From: Melioribacteraceae bacterium
Lineage (GTDB): Bacteria; Bacteroidota; Ignavibacteria; Ignavibacteriales; Melioribacteraceae
DNA: 64,000 nucleotides
Reading direction: 5' to 3'
Assembly: GCA_035362835.1 (NCBI GenBank)
Contig: DAOSDY010000004.1
Span: 113,836-177,835 of the forward strand
This document shows, piece after piece, positions 60,153 to 64,000 of this stretch. The first letter of the stretch is position 1; every line of letters starts with the position of its first letter. Below the pieces are notes generated by a model. The model made no database searches. It was not told the DNA's origin and was given only the letters and a program-made list of their open reading frames with translations. The position numbers were made by a program, and so were the translations under genes.

Positions 60153-61616
60153 ATGAAAGCCATAGATGGTTTAGCCCCGGCGGTTCTATGGAATCGATTC
60201 TATGAAATCTCTCAGATTCCCCGTCCATCTAAACATGAGGAGAGAATTCGGCTCTACCTGAGAAACTTTGCCGGCACTAATAATCTTGAATTTAGAGAAG
60301 ATAAAGTGGGTAATATTGTGATCACAATTCCCCCTAAACCCGGATTTGAAAACGTACCCGGCATTGTTCTTCAAAGCCATGTTGATATGGTCTGTGAAAA
60401 AAATAAAAATACTGACCACGATTTTTATAACGACCCGATTAATCTTGTTAGGGATGGTGAATGGATTAAAGCCGATGGAACCACTCTCGGTGCCGATAAC
60501 GGTATCGGTGTTGCCGCAGCTCTCGCTATTGCAACCGATAACCATTTTAATCATGGTCCTATTGAATTACTCTTTACCGTTGATGAAGAGACAGGATTAA
60601 CCGGCGCTAATAATCTTGAACCCGGTTTTATTAAGGGTAAATTCCTGTTGAATCTAGATACCGAGGAAGACGGATTTTATTATGTAGGCTGTGCCGGTGG
60701 TATGGATACAATGGGATCATTTAAAATCGAATCGGTTCAAATCGATGATTCATGGTTGCCCTATACTATTTTTGTCAGCGGCTTAAAAGGAGGACATTCC
60801 GGAATAAATATTTCTGATAAAAGAGCAAACGCAATTAAACTGCTTGCTCTCCTTCTTAATAAATTAAAAGTGATTGATTATTATGTCGTTATTATCTCAG
60901 GCGGTTCCAAAAGAAATGCCATTGCAAGAGAAGCTGAAGCTCAGATTCTGATTAAAAGTGAATATGAAGCAGTATTGCGCGAAAAAATAAACGAGTTCTC
61001 ACTTGAATCGGTCCTTGAATTCAAATCGACCGACCGCGACTTAAAGATTACATTTGAAAAATCTGAAAGCGGAAAAACAGGAACAGTCTATACAAAGGAT
61101 TTCACAAATAAAATCTTAAATGTTTTGCTCTCAATGCCTCACGGAGTAGTCTCAATGAGCCCGGATATCCCCGGACTTGTAGAAACCTCTACCAACCTTG
61201 CAACTGTTGTTGTTGAAAATGAACTGATGAAAATCGGCACAAGTCAGAGAAGTTCTATTGAGTCAGCAAAAAAGAATATTGCCGCATCCGTTAAAGCGGT
61301 GTTCGACCTGGCCGGTGCCGAGGTTATAGTGGGCGACGGGTACCCGGGCTGGCAGCCGAACCTGGATTCCAAACTGCTTCGCCTTTCCAGAAAAGTATTT
61401 AAGGATTTGTTCGGTCACACTCCTGAACTGAAAGCAGTTCATGCGGGTTTGGAATGCGGAATTCTGGGTGATAAATATCCGGGCCTGGAAATGATTTCTT
61501 TCGGACCGACAATTGAAGGTGCCCATTCACCCGATGAAAAAGTTAAAATTGAGGATGTTGAAAAATTTTACCGCCTCCTCAAGGCAATTTTAGTGGAAGT
61601 ATCTAAGACTAAATAG
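60153..61616 (+). CDS. pepD: Aminoacyl-histidine dipeptidase (M20 family, PepD-like)
   Basis: VLWNRFYEISQIPRPSKHE N-terminus, SHVDMV, GADNGIG and VDEETGL motifs. Confidence 0.9.
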   Translation: MKAIDGLAPAVLWNRFYEISQIPRPSKHEERIRLYLRNFAGTNNLEFREDKVGNIVITIPPKPGFENVPGIVLQSHVDMVCEKNKNTDHDFYNDPINLVRDGEWIKADGTTLGADNGIGVAAALAIATDNHFNHGPIELLFTVDEETGLTGANNLEPGFIKGKFLLNLDTEEDGFYYVGCAGGMDTMGSFKIESVQIDDSWLPYTIFVSGLKGGHSGINISDKRANAIKLLALLLNKLKVIDYYVVIISGGSKRNAIAREAEAQILIKSEYEAVLREKINEFSLESVLEFKSTDRDLKITFEKSESGKTGTVYTKDFTNKILNVLLSMPHGVVSMSPDIPGLVETSTNLATVVVENELMKIGTSQRSSIESAKKNIAASVKAVFDLAGAEVIVGDGYPGWQPNLDSKLLRLSRKVFKDLFGHTPELKAVHAGLECGILGDKYPGLEMISFGPTIEGAHSPDEKVKIEDVEKFYRLLKAILVEVSKTK

Positions 61617-61622
61617 ATCCCG

Positions 61623-61642
61623 TCCCTTATGAAAGGGATTTT
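61623..61642 (+). terminator. Intrinsic terminator after pepD
   Basis: TCCCTT (61623-28) / AAGGGA (61633-38) with a 4-nt loop, followed by TTTT. Confidence 0.55.
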
Positions 61643-61698
61643 GTTCATTTAAATAAATTATATCGTCAGGATTATTTCCAACTAAAAATAGAGATGAA

Positions 61699-63420
61699 AT
61701 GAAAAATGAACTAAAACTATATCCTGTCCCCAGAATTGAATCGATTCAGGATATGATCGTTCAATCGTCAAGAAAATTCAGCTCCAAAATTGCTTTGGAA
61801 GATCTAAATTCAACTCCTATCGGTAAATTGAATTTCAGAGAACTTCTTGATAACATTTTAAGGTTCGGTTCCGCATTAAGGGAAATCGGAATCAAAGAGC
61901 GTACTCATATCGCATTGATCGGCGAAAACCGCGTTCAATGGGCCGTATCCTATCTTACGGCTATGTGCTTCAATTATGTAATTGTTCCTATCGATAAAAA
62001 TCTTACTACCAACGAGATAATGAATATCATGCATGAGTCGGACTCCGAAGCTGTTATTTTTGCCGGCTCCTACTCAGGAATTATGGCCGAAGGTAAATCA
62101 TCTCTTAAAAAAATTAAACATTACATCTGTATGGACGAGACAGGCGAGGATAAAGAATTCCTCAATATGTCTAAATTAATCAGGCAGGCCAAAGAAATAA
62201 CAACAGATAACCTTCCGAGGATTAATCCGAACGATCTTGCAGAGATTATTTTTACTTCAGGTTCACTGGGACGCGCAAAAGGTGTTATGCTTACTCAAAA
62301 GAACCTTGCGTCGAACCTGATGGATATGGTGAGCATGGTTCTAATAACCGAAGCCGACCGTTTCCTCTCCGTTCTTCCTATGCATCATACTTATGAATGT
62401 ACGTGCGGTATGTTGTGCCCACTTTATTGCGGAGCCTCTGTGCATTATGCCCGCTCCTTGAAAACTGTAGTTGATGATATTCAGCAGGTGAAAGCAACTA
62501 TTCTGCTCGGCGTTCCTCTCCTCTATGACAAAATGTTCCGGAGAATAGTTAAGACAATTAAAGAGAATAAGGTTAAAAATGTTATTGTACCGCCGCTTGT
62601 AAAACTTACAAACATTTTTGCCCAGGCAGGATTATCCAATATAAAGAAAAAAGTATTTTCAGAACTGCATCATAAATTCGGCGGAGCCGTAAGAATCTTT
62701 ATTGCAGGCGGCGCCGCGCCCGACCCTCTTGTTGCAAAAGGTTTAAGAGAATTCGGATTTACTTTTATTCAGGGATATGGACTTACAGAAACCTCACCCA
62801 TTCTGGCATTAAACCGTCTCGATAATTTGAAAGATAATGCCGCTGGAATTCCTCTCCCTTCAGTCGAAATTAAAATAAATAACCCCGACGAAAATGGAAG
62901 CGGCGAAATCTGGGCTAAAGGTCCCAGCGTTATGCTTGGATATTATAAAAATGATAAGGCAACTGCGGATACTTTTGATAACGGATGGTTTAAAACAGGG
63001 GATATCGGTTTCGTTGATAAGGATGGATTCCTGCATATAAACGGTAGACAAAAAAATGTTATTATTTCACGTACGGGCAAGAATGTATTCCCGGAAGAAA
63101 TTGAAGATATCCTTAACAGAAGTCCTTTCATACTCGAATCCTTAATCTTCGGCGAAAAAGATCTTAAGCAGGATGAAATAATTGCTGCTCAGGTTGTTGC
63201 TGATGCCGAAGCGTTTATTGAATATTCCGGATCGAATAATGTATCTATTACCGGCGACCTGATTAATAAGATTGTTCAGGAGGAGATCGATAAAGCTAAT
63301 AAACAGCTCCCATCCTATAAGCAAATTAAAAAAATATATATCCGCGAAAAAGAATTCGAAAAAACTACTACTCAGAAGATTAAAAGATATCTTGTTGGAA
63401 GCACAGACAATCAGGATTAG
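61699..63420 (+). CDS. Long-chain-fatty-acid--CoA ligase (AMP-binding superfamily)
   Basis: IIFTSGSLGRAKGVMLT AMP motif, GYGLTETS, TGDIG and the late QKIKR lysine. Confidence 0.88.
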   Translation: MKNELKLYPVPRIESIQDMIVQSSRKFSSKIALEDLNSTPIGKLNFRELLDNILRFGSALREIGIKERTHIALIGENRVQWAVSYLTAMCFNYVIVPIDKNLTTNEIMNIMHESDSEAVIFAGSYSGIMAEGKSSLKKIKHYICMDETGEDKEFLNMSKLIRQAKEITTDNLPRINPNDLAEIIFTSGSLGRAKGVMLTQKNLASNLMDMVSMVLITEADRFLSVLPMHHTYECTCGMLCPLYCGASVHYARSLKTVVDDIQQVKATILLGVPLLYDKMFRRIVKTIKENKVKNVIVPPLVKLTNIFAQAGLSNIKKKVFSELHHKFGGAVRIFIAGGAAPDPLVAKGLREFGFTFIQGYGLTETSPILALNRLDNLKDNAAGIPLPSVEIKINNPDENGSGEIWAKGPSVMLGYYKNDKATADTFDNGWFKTGDIGFVDKDGFLHINGRQKNVIISRTGKNVFPEEIEDILNRSPFILESLIFGEKDLKQDEIIAAQVVADAEAFIEYSGSNNVSITGDLINKIVQEEIDKANKQLPSYKQIKKIYIREKEFEKTTTQKIKRYLVGSTDNQD

Positions 63421-63430
63421 AAATTATTAG

Positions 63431-63454
63431 GGCAGCATCATAAACGGTGCTGCC
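63431..63454 (+). terminator. Hairpin after acyl-CoA ligase gene (weak terminator candidate)
   Basis: GGCAGCA (63431-37) / TGCTGCC (63448-54) with a 10-nt loop. The T-run starts only about 15 nt downstream. Confidence 0.35.
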
Positions 63455-63503
63455 TGCAATTAAGTTTATTTTTTCAACTGCTAATTTATTTCTGAAAATA
63501 TAA

Positions 63504-64000
63504 TTGGATAAACCGATTAAAATTGGCATAACGGGCGGAATTGGATCCGGCAAATCAATTGTAAGCGATTTAATCGAGAAGAGCGGCTTTGCTGTCATCC
63601 GTTCCGATCTCGTCGCTAAAGAATTAATGGCAACCGATCAGAAAATCCTTGGCAGAATTGTAAAAACTTTCGGAAAGGAATCTGTTGCCGGCGGCAAATT
63701 AAATACACATTACCTGGCCGGAAAAGTTTTTAACAATAAAAAAAATGTTGAATTGATTAATAGTATAGTCCATCCTCCTGTTATCCGGAAAATAAATGAA
63801 ATGATTGAATCGGAATTCGCAAAATCGAAAATCGTTTTTGTTGAATCCGCCCTGATCTTTGAAGCAAAGATTAAAGATATGTTCGATTATGTTGTCCTGA
63901 TTTATACCGCTAAAGATCTCAGAATTAAAAGGGTAATAAAGAGGGATAAAACAAATGAATCTGATATTATCTCGAGAATGACCTACCAGATTGACGATGA
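63504..64000 (+). CDS. coaE: Dephospho-CoA kinase, 3' end outside window
   Basis: Not in the ORF track because there is no stop in the window. Translation from TTG 63504 gives MDKPIKIGITGGIGSGKSIV... with the P-loop and VHPPV motif. An in-frame TAA lies immediately upstream at 63501-03. Confidence 0.85.
   Translation, partial: MDKPIKIGITGGIGSGKSIVSDLIEKSGFAVIRSDLVAKELMATDQKILGRIVKTFGKESVAGGKLNTHYLAGKVFNNKKNVELINSIVHPPVIRKINEMIESEFAKSKIVFVESALIFEAKIKDMFDYVVLIYTAKDLRIKRVIKRDKTNESDIISRMTYQIDD

Overview
This window is a densely packed (gaps under about 220 bp), AT-rich stretch of core chromosome. It probably comes from an FCB-superphylum bacterium, Ignavibacteria-like. The evidence for that is a T9SS-type C-terminal sorting domain, PorV/PorQ-like barrels, purH-mreBCD-mrdA-rodA synteny and TAnnTTTG-type -7 boxes in front of both RNA genes. 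Shine-Dalgarno sites (GGAG/GAGG) are nevertheless used. I support about 58 protein genes, one tRNA-Leu(CAG), one small 4.5S-type SRP RNA that the ORF track cannot show, several intrinsic terminators and two candidate promoters. Two CDS are truncated at the window edges: an rpoD-like 3' end at 1..84 and a coaE 5' part at 63504..64000. Most content is housekeeping:
- Central metabolism: fumC, gltA, etfAB, glgC.
- DNA repair: uvrA, uvrC.
- Nucleotide synthesis: pyrG, purN, purH, pyrF.
- Cell shape and wall: mreBCD, mrdA, rodA, PBP1a.
- Translation factors: typA, ychF.
I see no CRISPR array, transposase, integrase, phage genes or recognisable defence or toxin-antitoxin genes. I therefore cannot point to a clear-cut novel system. 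The most interesting candidates are envelope or lipid related:
1. A four-gene T9SS-like cargo module at 19.8-24.1 kb with two tandem PorV/PorQ-like barrels, followed by a FemAB-like/GT4/GT9 glycan cluster.
2. A small protein built from a tandem duplicated CxxC-x8-C-x7-C module (13112..13438).
3. A sphingomyelin/IPC-synthase-like PAP2 enzyme (13408..14340).
4. A membrane GT2 with a processive-synthase signature, coupled to an outer-membrane-type protein and an S2P protease (16.6-19.6 kb).
5. An hpnCDE squalene-synthesis operon beside the tRNA.
6. A DUF2851-like protein.
All functional calls come from motif recognition by eye. No searches were run.
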